A stretch of 64,000 bases of DNA from Azolla caroliniana (GCA_043228905.1 JBHGNT010000006.1:2728001-2792000); one strand, 5' to 3'; shown: positions 23,390 to 37,123, counted from the first letter of the stretch. Numbers and translations: made by a program. The notes: a model not told the origin generated them from the letters alone.

Positions 23390-23956
23390 GAAAATTCATT
23401 CTTTAGGGCATTTGGCCACTACTTGTTGCTTGGAGGTATATACTATTGCAATAGATCTATCTCATCACACATGCCATGGTATGTTTGGCATACTTTGTTA
23501 GGTCTTGTTTTCACTTTTTTATATTGTGGGAAAACAATGATGTTAATGTTGTAACACCATTTACTAAGAAGTGGTGTCAACGCACATGGTCTCAAACTAT
23601 ATTTGTAGAGGGACGTGTTTATAATGAAAGCAATGCCATCCAAGAATTAAACCTACAAGTTGAAGTCATAAAGCCCAATCATTACCATCTTCCCATATTG
23701 TTTATGTTTTTTATTTTCTTTATATCTTTAAGTATGACCTTACACACTGATTATGGAACATCCAAGCGGAGCTTAAGTGTTTGGAGTTTCATGCCATCTG
23801 GGACATAGGTATATTTTAACTAAACGGCTTTCTGATAAGGTGGAGTGGTTTTACTAAGCACCAAAGTATTTATTTAAGCCGATAGTTAGAATTTAGAAAA
23901 ATAAAGGGGATTTGTTATATATCTTGTATGTATAGCCTTATGACGTTTTCTAACCG

Positions 23957-25293
23957 TTGGGGACTATGCGAGAAGATGCATGGTTCGGTCTCTTTGATGA
24001 GGCTGGAATGGTTAAGTTGGTGAAGGGTGTGAGTCGATTGGGAAGAGATACATTTTTTGGGGAGAGGCAAAGTAGGGGCACTTGGCTTCTGGTTCGAATG
24101 GTGGCGGAGGTTGATAACATTTGGAAGACAGGCCCAGATGTTACTAAGGTGGAACCCCATTGGAAGTTATGGGTATATGGTTCTCATCCCCTCGTTGAAC
24201 TAGAATGGGACCCAGGGGATTTCAAGTGGAAACATGGTGACAAACTCTGCCATTTCTTTGAATATAGCACTAAATTCAGGCGGACTTTACAATTGCAACT
24301 CGCTGGTCCCATTCGTAATGGATGGCAAACATTGGGCATCCCTGACGAGGTGCTCATTACCTTTTGGAAGGGTCTTTGGCGTCTCCACATGCCTGAAAAA
24401 ATCAAGCTCTTTTGGTGGCAGATTGGTCACAATGTGATTCCTGTTGGGGAATGGCTTGGTAAAAGGGGCGGCCCGATAGGATGCCCACTTTGCTCTTCAC
24501 CCGTTGAGTCTTTGAGACATTGTCTTTGGGATTGCCCTCAAGCTCAAAAGGTATGGGACAGAGTCACTCGCCTCCTAGCGGCATGTGAAGTGGTTGGAAT
24601 AGCCTCGTGGAGTGCTGCGGCATGGATTGACCTCTCGACTGATAGGTGGACGGACGCCTTTAATGAGGATACTTGGTGCTATGTATGCACGGGAGGCCAA
24701 ATCGGCAAGATCCGCTTCAAGAGAGACTTGTTGTCCGCATCCCCTAGGCTCCTGGAAATTTGGAGGTTGATCGCGGGCTTCACCTTATGGTATGTCTGGA
24801 AAGCACGATGCTTAAAGGTTTTCCAAGATCGGGTACAACCCCCAGAGGAAGTGATCATGGATATCTGGTTCGCGCTTATCAGCTGCCTACGAGGGCAATT
24901 AGATGAGGTTTGCAACCACTCCAATGACGTGGCCACTACCCGGCTGCGCTTTTGGCAGAAATGGTGGAACACGCCTATGGTGACGCTAGGAGAAAGTGGA
25001 CCGAGGTGGAACTACCAGCCCCCACGATGGTTATTTCCTTCTTTCACGCCTCCCTCCCTTCGATGTAGGCCCCGGGAGTCGGCTCATTCTGGCCGACACT
25101 AAAGGCCACTGCTTTTAGATATAGGTATCTACTTACTTTAGGTAGTCGGTTTGAAAAACTATGTAAGTAGTCTCATTTTCTTGATCTTGATCTGAGGGAG
25201 ATTCCCCGTTTTGTGTATAAGCTTCCTTGTATAGTCTCCTTGTAATAATCCTTCCTAACTAATGGGAAAGTAGCTTTATTTTGGGAAAAAAAA
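23957..25293 (+). mobile_element. 5'-truncated LINE (L1-type ORF2 C-terminus with zf-RVT domain), 3' UTR and A-tail
   Basis: Uninterrupted 381-codon frame with KIKLFWWQIGHNVIPV..CPLC..ESLRHCLWDCPQAQKVW and LWYVWKARC; A9 tail at 25285-25293; higher GC than flanks. No TSD found. Confidence 0.85.
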
Positions 25294-26536
25294 TACTAAT
25301 GCATTATCTTTTTCTAATACTAATGTACTAAATTATGGAGCATCCAAAGTTTTTAGTTTGGTGTATAAAGGCAATGCTTTTACATTCCATTGTAAAAACA
25401 ATAAATTGAGTATATCTTCTAAATACAATTTAGAAAAGACATCATAGAGATTATCAATGCTAGAGGAGGATGCATTAATCTTTCGTACTCAAGGCTGATT
25501 ATTTGCATCATCTATTTCTCCACTCATCATGTGTAATTTATCGCAAATGAACAATATTATTGGTCCATCCAGTCTTCTTGATAATGTTGTATCACACATG
25601 TTCTCTTGGCAGTTGTGACAGAGCATGCCATACACACTATTTTGAATGTGAAAATCAATGAGATGATTTGCTTAAAAAATAAGACAGAGGCCGGCAACTC
25701 CATGACTTGTTTTATGTTGGTGCTATGTACACGTAGCATTTCTCAAACTAAACATAATATTGGCCCTAATACAAGGGATACGTTTGGAGACTTTCTCATG
25801 AAAGAGTTCCATTGAAAGAGATGTTAACATGACCACTTAATCAAAGACTATCAAGAAAAATAGGTCGTCTATGCCCTCGACGTTACGTAGATTGATTTGA
25901 GATGTTGAGTGTAGCAGTGGAAAGCTACATTAGTTTCCTCTTCTTTGTTGACGACATGAATTGTTATTCGAGGTAATTTGGTTGTTGGTCATAGCATTAA
26001 CAACCTTCTTATGAGGTAATAATAGCACTGTAATCGATTGCACTCTGAGACACATATGGCATGTTACCAATGGCAATAGTAATGAGACCAAAATATAAAT
26101 AAAAGAGAGGGGAAAAAAAACTCAGCTCTAGTTCCATGGAAAAACTAAACAAGCTGCAAATAAAATGGATCTATTGTGTGAACAGACGAGCGAACATAGA
26201 ATGGAGACAAAGACACCTCTTTCTTTCTCAATAGGAAAAAGGGGGATTGGAGAGGCTTTACATGGGGCAAGGGAACTCCCCACAAATTCTCATCCCAAAA
26301 AATCGAGACACCCGTCCAAACAATAAGATAAAGGAAAAAAAAAAGATTAAAAAAAACAAAAACCAAAGATGAGTTGAGAGACAAAACAAAGGCAGGAAGG
26401 AAAAGAAAACCAGGACGCAAACGAGAGAGAGAGAGACACAAAGTAAGGAAACATATAAATACATATGTATGTAGACATGTATGTATGTATGTACATACAT
26501 ATATATGTTGGTGCAGATAAATAAATAAATAAATGC

Positions 26537-26567
<31 letters not shown>

Positions 26568-27126
26568 GTCTCTAACCTTCTGTCGACTGACACTTAACAG
26601 AATTGTATGTTTGTTCGTGTGTTTTGTCCTTTTGGTTTTTGATTTGATTTGGATTTCTCCTCCCTTCTTCTGCGATCATCTGTCAGCTATGAACATGTAT
26701 TCAAGAAATTAGGGTTCCCTCTCTCTCGGGCACAGGTTCAGGCGCAGGCGAGAGACATCCCCCCCATGGATCCTTGAAGAATCGCCGCTCTCTTCCCTGC
26801 CCTATCATCCCCCACGCACAACAGAGAAACAAAAACCTCCTCCTTTTGCAACTTCGAAGAACAGAAAGAAGAACCAAGAAGCTCGACCTTTTGCAACCTT
26901 GAAGAAAAATAAATAAATAAATAACAGAAAAGGAGAAGTTATGGTGGAAAAACGTCACATGATAGATGATCAAAGATTCATTCTTGTATACTGGTGGCGT
27001 CTTTCCGTGAAATGACTGAGCTTTGCAGACAGAGAGATTGGACATCGAATTAAGAAGGAAGGAGGAGAAATAATAAAGGAGGAAGAAGAAAGGCTGAGAA
27101 AGGAGGAGGAAGAAGAAGGAGAAGCC

Positions 27127-30100
27127 ATGATAGTGCTGCGTAGTTGGAAGGGAAGGTCTTTCAAAGAGTCTCTGAAGACGTTGGAAGCAGATATTCAGCT
27201 TGCTAATACACTGTGAGTTCATCATATACTTGTTAATTGTTTCTTTGTGAAGAAAGCGTGATGATTGTTTATTTAACCCTGTGTATAGTGACAGAGAGAT
27301 CTTATGATACTGTTTCTTCATGATGAAAGCTTGACAGTGATTGTCAAGTTAAGCGTGTATATTTAATTTTCTGCCATTGTTTCGTATTGTCAAAAACCTC
27401 ATGTGTCTGATTTCAAACTGTGTAATTATGTTCCAGAGCCTCTTTTCCATTGGTTTTTTATGAAGAATGCTTGATGATTGTCAATTTAAGCCAGTATATC
27501 TGTGATGAATAAGTTTATGTCATCGTTCCTGTAAAAGCGTGATGATTGTTTTAAGCCTACATATTTGTGATGGTGATCTTCATGAAATGTTTTTGGTGAT
27601 TGTTTTAAACCTGTGTATTTGTAGAGAGATTTCTGGCATTCTTCTTTATGAAAACGTTTCTGACATTTGTGCCTGCATTTTTGTAGTCCAGAGCTGTTAT
27701 ACCATTTTTCTTCCAAAGCTTGGTGATTTTTATAAACGTGTGTTTGTAATGGAGAGCACCGTGAACAACATCTTGCTTTTTGTCTGTGTATTTCTGGTTG
27801 ACAGCTTTATGCCATTTTTATTCTGTTTATGATGGAGAGCTTTGTGTCGTTGTTTCTGGAATAGCTTGTGTACTTTTTCATCAAGTGCTTTATATACTGA
27901 TCCTTGAAAAACTTGAACTTCCCTGATGTGTTTGGGAATGATTTCCTAAGAATGAGAACTCTTGCAAGCTTGATTATATGTCTGTATCTAGACAGAGCTT
28001 TATCTTCATGTTTTTTTCGGAATGTGCAAGAATATTTTCTCAGGAGGAACACTGTCGTTTAGGATAGAAGAATCTTTTCCAACTCTTGAAAGTTGAATAT
28101 GGTTGTATCTAGAAACACCAGTGTGTTCTTGTCCTTAAAGCATCCAAAAGGATATTTTCTGAGGATATATGCTCAGGAAAGTCATATTTGGTTGTATCTA
28201 GATTCTAGAAAGAACTTGATGTTCAGGTTCTGTAATTATGTCCTCCAAGGGCAAAAGTATATCTCATGAAGATATATTCCCATATTTGGTTCTTTTAGGA
28301 TGCCAAAAAAAATACTTTTCTCGCTTATACGGAGAAGGAATGCCAGCTAACTATGGTTGTATCAAGGAAGAATCATTGGTTTACGTTCTTTTCAGGCCAC
28401 AGAAGAATATTTTTCGCGAAAGTGTACTCAGAAGAGCCTGATATGGTTATATCTGAAAGAGAATTATCTTTAGGTTATATTAAAAGTTCTTTCAGATCTC
28501 AGAAGGAGCTATTTTCTCAAGATCCATGCTTAAGGTCTGTACCTGTTAGTAACTTTTGAGTTAGTTTTCTTTCAAAATGTAGAAGGATATTTTCGGAGGT
28601 GTGACAAGAAAGTGTAGTGTGGCCGTTAATGAAAGGAACTGTGTATTGCATTGTTTTGAGGACCAAGTAGGATTTTTTGTCCGCTTAGGAATTCTGATTC
28701 AGCTTTTTGTACTATGTGAATTATTCTGGTTGTATCTGTTAGGAGCTTTTATGTGTACAGCTATTTCAGGATTTTAGTCTTTTTCTCCTTGAACTGTGTT
28801 TTGAAACAATGACCATTTCCTTATCACTATTGTGATTGTATGCGATAGTAACTTTATATGTTGCTATTTTAGGTTTTAGTTCTTATTTTGTGAAAATAGG
28901 TTGTCTTTGGTTGAATGTTGGAGTGCAACACGTCTTGACAGAATTGATCTTAAGCTAAAGTTGTTGAGCTCTCGAATGTCCGAGCTATAGTTTTTCATAG
29001 TTCCTTCTCACTGAAACCCACACTTAACTAGGATATATGTCCCATTCAGCCAAGGGTTTTGTATATGATTCAGTTTTCTGAAAAAATGCAAGTTATGAAT
29101 GATTCTTGCTGTCAATTCAGGGCTTTGTGTTCTCCCAGTGGAAAGGAAGATGCATGTTTCCAAATGAGGCTCAATTATGGCCCTGCTGCACATTTCCTCA
29201 TGTTCTTTATTAGGTGGACTGACTGTAGATTGGCTGGCACACTTGGACTTCTACATATCCTTATTTATAAGGTAATTTACATTATTTTCATAGCATTTCT
29301 AGCATTACCATCATGGTATATCAATGCCACTGATAAATTTTTCTCTCTTTCTAGTACCATAATGTTTGCTAAACCCTCTCAGGTGATGAAAGATGGGAAT
29401 ACCTCAATGTCAGTGAGTGAACGGAAGGCAAGCCTTCGAGAGTTCTATGGTAACGTCCTGTTGCTTTTCTTCACGTTTTATTGTGATGCTCTATTGTCGA
29501 TTGTATGAAGCTTTAATAAGACTTAAAGAACTCTAAATCCTAAATCCTAAATTGGTCCTGTAGCTTTTCTTCACATTATATTCTGATGCTTCAATGTTGT
29601 TTGGATGAAGTTTTTATTAAGATTTAAAGAACTCTAAATCCTAAAACCTAAGCTGTTCATGTAGCTTTTCTTCACATTATATTCTGAGGCTTTAATGTCG
29701 TTTGGATGAAGCTTTTCATAAGACCTTCTAATTCCTTTGCAGCTTTCATACTTCCATCATTGTGTGTCTTAGGAAGCATTCCTGAGAATACTGCCCAACA
29801 GCAACATAGCAGATGTCTCGATAAAGATAAGAAGAGGTTCAATGCATGTATGGAGGGGCATATGAGCCAAATTGACATAGAAAGAGAACAAGAATGTGGG
29901 ATCTGTCTGGAGATTGTATCAAAAGTTGTATTGCCAGGATGCCACCATTCGATGTGTCTGCGGTGCTACAGGGACTGGTAAAAGCTCACATTGATCATTT
30001 ATTGTCAGGAAGTTGATCATGAAATGATTTAGATTCCAAAACAGTTTAGAATTAATTTTTTGATTACATGCCATGTAATCATCAATTTAGTTATGGATTA

Positions 30101-30771
30101 GAATCCGTTTATTGTGCTCCTAAATTACCTAAAAGTAGCATTATGATTGTTAGGCTCCCTAAATGTGTTCATCCATTTTGCTATGGATTTGAATTCATGG
30201 GATCGTAGTGGCTTATCTAAAGTAGCATACTAGTACTTGTAAATGTAATCATCCATATTGTTATCAATTTTAATCCATGTGGGATCAGTTGACCTACACA
30301 ACAGTAGCATCTATAATTACTAGGGCCCTCATTGATTTTGTTTCTGGAAGTGAATCCATGGGATAATATCAATGCTTTAAAGTAGATTCACAAATTTGTC
30401 CAGGAATTTTATTATGGATTGTAGTCCATGGGACCATGGGCACAATTACTAATGCTCTTCAGCAACTTTGTTATATATTTGAATCCATGGTTCTCTATGC
30501 ATAAGTAGCATTTACTGTTGTTAATGTTTCATATCTAACACTTTAGTTCATGATTCACAGGCGCACCAAGTCCTTGTCATGCCCTTTCTGCCGTGTCAGC
30601 TTGAAGCATGTAAATTCAAGGGACTTATGGGTATACGTAGATCATTCTGATGCTCTGGACATGGACACCTTGATGAAGGATGATGACGAAAGGTTTTTTA
30701 TGTATATAGAGAATTTACCAGTAGTAACCACTAAGGGTGGGTATGACAACAAGAAAAAGAGGCATCTGTAA
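27127..30771 (+). CDS. AIRP2: AIRP2-like C3HC4 RING E3 ubiquitin ligase; exons 27127-27212, 29121-29271, 29383-29449, 29743-29977, 30561-30771
   Basis: SFKESLKTLEADIQLANTL, QMRLNYGPAAHF, WTDC.LAG.LGLL.ILIYK, ERKASLREFY, EREQECGICLE..KVVLPGCHHSMCLRCYRDW..SCPFCR, DLWVY. All GT-AG junctions keep the frame. Confidence 0.93.
29490..29722. repeat. ~100-bp intronic tandem duplication (AIRP2 intron 3)
   Basis: aga.ttaaagaactctaaatcctaaa...tgtagcttttcttcacattatattctga.gct..aatgt.gtttggatgaag occurs twice. Confidence 0.8.
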
Positions 30772-33351
30772 ATAAAACCCTCCCTAGCAGTAAACACAGG
30801 AACTATTGTAACCTCAGAAAGTGGTTGGATCACTGAAGAAGAAGAAACCCATGAACACTGTACATTGCTGTACATTTGTATTTATTTACTGGAGCCACAA
30901 GCAAAAGGTTGTTCCATAGCTGCATGACAGGAGTATTCAGGGGCCCTAAAATGGGTTGAAGATTGATTTCTAAAGTAGAAAATAAGGGTACATGGGTGGG
31001 AACTAAAATGTGTAGAATATCACATATGGATACATAGTTGCTCATCTATGAGAATGAAGTTTACCTAGGTTTTGTATTTTTTAACAAATCAAGATGTCTA
31101 ACGGGAAATTGGATAGCTGTGATAGAAACAAATGTACGAAGGTATTTTAGAAATGTGTTATGCATGTGAAGCAATGCATCGTCATTATTCTTTGCAATTC
31201 TTCCTCTTGTCCCCTCATTTTTACGCAAGCCTTAAATCTAAGCAAAAATTATATAGCTAACCTTTTAATTAGGTGTTTTTGCCCATAATCAATTCCACTA
31301 CCATACTATTTATGAGAGTATAGTTAATTGTAGTGAATATTTTAAGATTAAGTTTTGATGTTAGATAAGCCCTCATTAGTTGCGAAGCAAAAGGTGATCC
31401 TAAAAAAACACACATGCATCTTGAACTTATCAATAAATGTTTCAAGTAAGTGTTAATCTTTTATTATGTTGTTTGGAGCTTTTATTATGTCATGCATTTG
31501 GTAAATACATGTACTTCTTTAATCGTCTATCATTTAAATATTATTCTTAGATTTAAAAGGTTTATGGACTTACTATTACAAATTCTTTAAATGACATTTT
31601 TATCATTTGTACATGTCCATGGTAGCTAGCTAGTACACGAGGTAAGCTTTCAGACCTTGAATTTATTCTTTAGCATGTATTTGTGCTTGATTTGTATTTC
31701 AATTCTGCAGGAGATGTTCAGAGCATTGACATTTTTTTATGAACATGTATATGGTATCTCATGGAAAATGTAATATATGTAGGGAGAGATTTTGTAATGT
31801 TGAACAATCAATAAAAGATGTTTGGATTGTCTCTTTAAAGAAGATGACCATTTTTATTTGACATCTATCTTCTTTCAATTCCAATTGTCCACGGGAAGAT
31901 CATGTAAACCTATCCAAAGGGATTGCAACACTTGTATGTACTTGGGACCTAAAACAATATTGAAATTATTACATCGCAAAAATTCCTTGGGGGTGACAAT
32001 CTTATGAGAAAGGTGAAGAAATGTGTGGCTCTTTTGGTAGGGAAAGAGAAGATGGTCCCAATTGGCATTAAAGATAGATTAGGTGTCTCTACAAACACTT
32101 GCCTACACATAGAATGATTATATATCACCCATAAGCTATGAACAAAAGAAACTCTACCCACTTCGTCATGATATCACATTCACACCCACTACCAAAAGAA
32201 AAACTCGACTGCAACCAATCTCAACACGAATAGAACAACAAACACAAACATATGAGCGTTATGCAATGCCTATGGTGAAATATAGTGGTGGTTCCGCTCC
32301 CCCTGCCGTGGCCATGGAGGCAAGTAAGGATAAAAATAAGCATTGTGAAGTGGGCGGCCATTCAATGGCCGAGGCTCAAGCCCCCACAACTACACATACA
32401 TACATATTCACAACCCTCTCAATCGCTATCTCATACAATAAACACCACTTCTATTTAACACCTGCTCGTCCAACACACGGAGGGCCTGTCTCCGATCTTC
32501 TGATGCGAAATTAGGGCTTTTTCCTCCCAAATATTCCGACACATGTCGTGTGGTAAGCCCTTCCCATCTTTCTTGAACCCTTGCTCGGATCTTTCTATGC
32601 TAGGAATCCGCTCGTCTGTTTTGCGAGAAACGATGGGTGAAATCTTGATGATTCTTTGCAGATTTTGCTTCTTCTGAGGGAGAAACGAGAGAATGGCTAT
32701 GTGTATTTCTCTTTGAATCATGATCGAAGGAAGGTTTTTTCTAACGGTATGTCTGCTCATCTGATCTCTTTTCTCAACTATTTTCTCTACGTCGCTCCTC
32801 TGCTAAATAACTCGGAAAATTTAAGGGAAAATGAAGAATGCTGTGAATTATGCCTCAGATTTCCCTTCAAATGAGAGAGGAAGTGTCTATATGTCTATCG
32901 AATGATTGCGGGAGGGGTTGTATCAAAATTGAACAGTGTATTCTGTGGATTTAAATGGAAGACGAGAGATTGTTTGGTAATAACTATGATTTAATGACAA
33001 AAGAAACGTGATAACTGTGTTATACTAGGAGGGGAACATGAAATAGAGTTTAATATTGGCTATGTTTGTTAAACTGGAAATGAAACATGATATTCATCTC
33101 CAGCAATGTTATATATCACGAAGGAAACATTTTATACTCCAGTACTAACTTGAGTTAAACCGCAAAGGAAACATGTTATAGTTTTGTACTAAATTGTAGC
33201 TATGTTATAAATGGCATGCACATAAAATATTCAATGATCTAACCTAAGTTATATGCTGACATGGAAAACAGGAACGAGAAAATTCTTGATGATCCTTGAC
33301 GGTATTGCTTTTCCCGAGAGAGTAACTGTGTGAACTGCTTCACTTTAAAAT

Positions 33352-34827
33352 ATGGTGGAAAGAAGGCTTTTAGATGTGATTGGGATAGAAATTATTGGTA
33401 TCATATGTCCTGTCTCAATTTGCATGCTATTGGTAGTGCTATTAGTGAAGGAGCTGCAAACGGAGGTAACCGACACAGTTCTGAGTAGTGTGGCGACTCT
33501 AGTGTACAGTGAAGTTAGTACAGACTCGAATTGGACAAAACTCTTGGGTGCCTTGATCAATGCTGGAGTATTTGTGGCCTTCGTCACTGTTGTCACTTTC
33601 CTTTTAGTTCTTCTCTTCTATTTCCGATGTACGAAATTCCTTCGAGGATATATGGCTGTGGCAGCCTTCACAGTGCTTGCATATATGGGTGGGACTGTGG
33701 CTACCATGCTCATTCAGAAGCTAGCCATACCTATAGATGTGATAACAGCATCAATCATATTGTATAACTTTGCTATTGTTGGTGTTCTATCTATGTTTTT
33801 ATGCCGCGTGCCAATCTTGGTCACTCAAGGTTATCTTGTATTGGTGGGCATGCTAGTTGCATTCTGGTTTACATCGCTTCCTGAATGGACCACATGGGTT
33901 CTTCTTGTGGCCATATCTTTGTATGATATTGTTGCTGTATTGACCCCCGGAGGGCCCTTGAATCTTCTTGTGAAGTTAGCTATGACTAGAGATGAAGAGA
34001 TACCAGCTCTTATATATGAAGCTCGGCCTATAATATCAGCTGAACGTAGTTCTGGTCAAGTATTGATCTCCACAAATGTCACCACTAGAACATCAGATAG
34101 CCTAGTCAGTACAGAAGAAAATGAACCTCCGAGAAGGTGGAAGAGAACAAGCGATTCTTCAAATGGTACAGCCTCCTCTCTTTTCGGCCAGGCTCTTTCC
34201 AGCCTGCGAGTTCCCCTTCTAAGCAAGGTAGAAGTTCAGGAGGAATCATCCGAAAGTCTACAAAGTCTAGATATCAAATCGGGTACATGTTTTAGTAAAC
34301 GTCAGGCGAATCAAACAGCCACTATATCTCCTGGTGAGGAGGAGATGCAAAGCAATGGTCAACATCATTTCAGCAGCAACAGATTTGTAGCCATGCAAAA
34401 CTTTGAGACTGATGGGATGCTTAATGAACATGAAGAAATGGATAATGAAACCATGATGTCAGGAACTGATGTGAGGCTCTCATTGAGTAACGTGAATGGT
34501 TCGAATGTAAATGATTTAGATGATGGTGGTGATGACGAAGGTATAGGACTTGGTGCATCAGGGGCTATCAAACTAGGGTTGGGAGATTTTATATTTTATA
34601 GCGTATTGGTTGGAAGAGCTGCATTATATGACATGACAACTGTCTATGCTTGTTACTTGGCCATCATCACTGGGCTTGGTGCGACACTTGGCCTGCTTGC
34701 TGTGTGGCGCCGGGCTCTACCGGCCCTTCCAATTTCCATTGCTTTAGGTATAATCTTTTATTTCTTGTCAAGGCTTCTGATGGAACCTTTTGTAATGCAG
34801 AGTAGTATGAACTTGTTGTTTTTCTAA
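33352..34827 (+). CDS. Presenilin (gamma-secretase catalytic subunit), single coding exon, 491 aa
   Basis: Multiple TM helices, LPEWTTW, catalytic YD (SLYDIVAVL) and GLGD (KLGLGDFIFYS), PALP motif, large hydrophilic loop. Confidence 0.97.
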   Translation: MVERRLLDVIGIEIIGIICPVSICMLLVVLLVKELQTEVTDTVLSSVATLVYSEVSTDSNWTKLLGALINAGVFVAFVTVVTFLLVLLFYFRCTKFLRGYMAVAAFTVLAYMGGTVATMLIQKLAIPIDVITASIILYNFAIVGVLSMFLCRVPILVTQGYLVLVGMLVAFWFTSLPEWTTWVLLVAISLYDIVAVLTPGGPLNLLVKLAMTRDEEIPALIYEARPIISAERSSGQVLISTNVTTRTSDSLVSTEENEPPRRWKRTSDSSNGTASSLFGQALSSLRVPLLSKVEVQEESSESLQSLDIKSGTCFSKRQANQTATISPGEEEMQSNGQHHFSSNRFVAMQNFETDGMLNEHEEMDNETMMSGTDVRLSLSNVNGSNVNDLDDGGDDEGIGLGASGAIKLGLGDFIFYSVLVGRAALYDMTTVYACYLAIITGLGATLGLLAVWRRALPALPISIALGIIFYFLSRLLMEPFVMQSSMNLLFF

Positions 34828-35474
34828 CAAGGCTACCAAAAATGTAATCATTGCATACTCATATTTCTCTGGTGTTTGTTATTGTGCCAAGTACCCAGTG
34901 GGTTGGGCAATAATAAACAAAAAAACATCCCCGAAAGAAAACCTTTGTTGCGAATTGGCCACCTCATGAAAGAAGGAAAACTGTAAGAAGAAAATTGTGT
35001 CTGAAAGAAACCTGTACTTGTCTAGAAATGATTAATATTCTGTGTGTGGGGTCATGGGATGCCTCTGGATGGTTTAAGTGAGTGGTAGAACTTCCGACAC
35101 TAAGGGAAACTACTGGATATATTTCAAGTGCCATGAATACATTATTAAAACAAAATTGGAGTACGGATGCTGAGAAATTTTTTTTTCAAAGAATGTTCAG
35201 GATGCATTCATTCTATTATATGACAAATTGGTAAAAGCAAACCTTCAATCACTATTATTTGCTCTTGTAAAATGGAAGTTATTAATGCTAGATTTTTTAT
35301 ACTTCAATGGAACCTTGTCAGTCCTACTCAAAAAGTGCATGCTATTTTCAGAGAAAAGTTTCTCCACTATCACCTTGTTGCTTATCCTTGATCTGAATCC
35401 TTCCATCTTACTCATGCATATTGTTTATGCTTATAAACTTCACAACTTGTCTAACCATTTATCGAGAATGGAAA

Positions 35475-37014
35475 TTATGTCTCACAGACTGTATACAACA
35501 ATTTCAACGCCTTCATCTTATTCATGTACTCTGTTTTAGTTTGTAGACATCTTACTCTCTCATTATCTTCTGAAGCGAGAACCAAAAGGTAGTTTGTCTC
35601 TTCATTGCAATTTGTCTTTGCCCCTAAACAAATAATCATATCATCAATGAGATCAAGGACACGTGCTTGTATCTGAGGCCCAACGAGTTTTAAGGTTAGC
35701 GAGAATCGTCCACATTTGCACAAAGAGTCAAGAATGTCACTTGCAAGATGGGCATCAAATGATATGTTCATATTTCGGGTGTTTGGTATTGAAGCACAAT
35801 TCGGCTCTTCTTTGGAGGGGCATTGGTTCCACCAACACAAAGTATCGATTATGTTGATCAGAACAGAAGGTGGAAGCTCAACTTTGAAAGTACGAGAGAG
35901 CTCATGAGGAAGCATAGCAAGTAACAATCCAAGCTTCTCTTCAAAATTAGTCGCTCTTCTCCATTCTCTTTTGAATGCATCACACGTCTTCATAAGCAAA
36001 GGCTTCTTAACTGTGATGACGCCAGGTGATAGTATATCTGAGGCAGCCTCTAACATTTGGGTTCCATGGGTCTTTTGTGTATCGACCACTTCTTGAGGAA
36101 AAGTGTAACCTATTGTTTCTTTCCCACCACTTGCATTGTAGTTGTTAAGTTCATTAAAAGTTCCTCGAGAAGCAGAATGCTTCCCAGCTGCATCAAACGA
36201 CCATGCGGGTGACGTCGGGATACGTTGTACCATGACTTCTTGCCCTCTTTTCTGCTCAAATGGCTTTATATGTGCCATTGAGACCTACACAATCAATTCA
36301 AAGTCTATAAGGTCAAAATAATTTAAAGAGAAAAGCAGCTCACAATATGACAGAACACAAGCAATATAACAGGTTACATAACCAAAACAAACAATTCTAT
36401 ATGAACCCGAGCATGTTTAGAAAACTGATGCAACCCCCTTCAGAGTTTGTATTGATTTGTCATCTACAGTCAGTCTCATTGGCCTGGACATACAAGGGGC
36501 GATGAGATGATACTGTTTGACATGGTGGGACAGTGAAACCTGAAGTTCAGTCCGGCACCATTCCACAGACGGACTTGGCATTGTGAAATTCGTTTCCTTG
36601 CTGACCTAGCGTCTACCAAGGCATGTTGACATGGCACCGATAACCCAATAGGATAATGCGGCATACATATCCAAGGGCCATACCAATTTGGGTCGAGCAA
36701 TGAGACTTGTGCCCTTTTCCTCCTTTTTCTGGTTTTCTTCTTTCCAGATCCACGGAATTTCTCCATGGAAGCGGAGAGGAAAGAAAAACATGAAACAGGA
36801 AAGAAATCCAAAGAAAAAGCGCAAAGGAGGCGAGGCGAAAGAAGAAGCAAGAGAGGCTTACGAGGGCAGCAAATGTGGGATAATCAGCGTTCTGGGCAGC
36901 AGCGCGTTTCTTTGCGGCATCGATCTCTCTGCGGCAGGCTTCATCCTGGACCGCATTTCGCAATTCCTTGCTGTGCTTGGAGACCGCCCCCTCTGCGTGA
37001 CCAAGCTTCGCCAT
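35475..37014 (-). CDS. CCDC103: CCDC103/DNAAF19-like dynein attachment factor (~320 aa); exons 37014-36862 and 36284-35475
   Basis: Spliced N-terminus KELRNAVQDEACRREIDAAKKRAAAQNADYPTFAALVSMAHIKPF fits the Dynein_attach_N pattern (EL..A...D.....ENDAK.RA..Q...Y..F...V...H.KP). TCDAFKREWRR, FKVEL and CGRFSLTL fit RPAP3_C. Phase-0 GTAAGC...TGTAG intron. Confidence 0.85.
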
Positions 37015-37123
37015 GGCTCTCAGAAATCAGGGAAAAACAATGACAAAAACCAGAAAAGAACTCTTTAACTCCCTGCAATAAGTAATCCGTCTACTTATTT
37101 TTGTAACCGTGCCCCTCGGTTTT

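Noticed and set aside
26145-27321. Minus-strand Phe/Ser/Leu-rich ORFs including the 206-aa one
   Set aside because: Antisense reading of the purine-rich AIRP2 leader and microsatellites.
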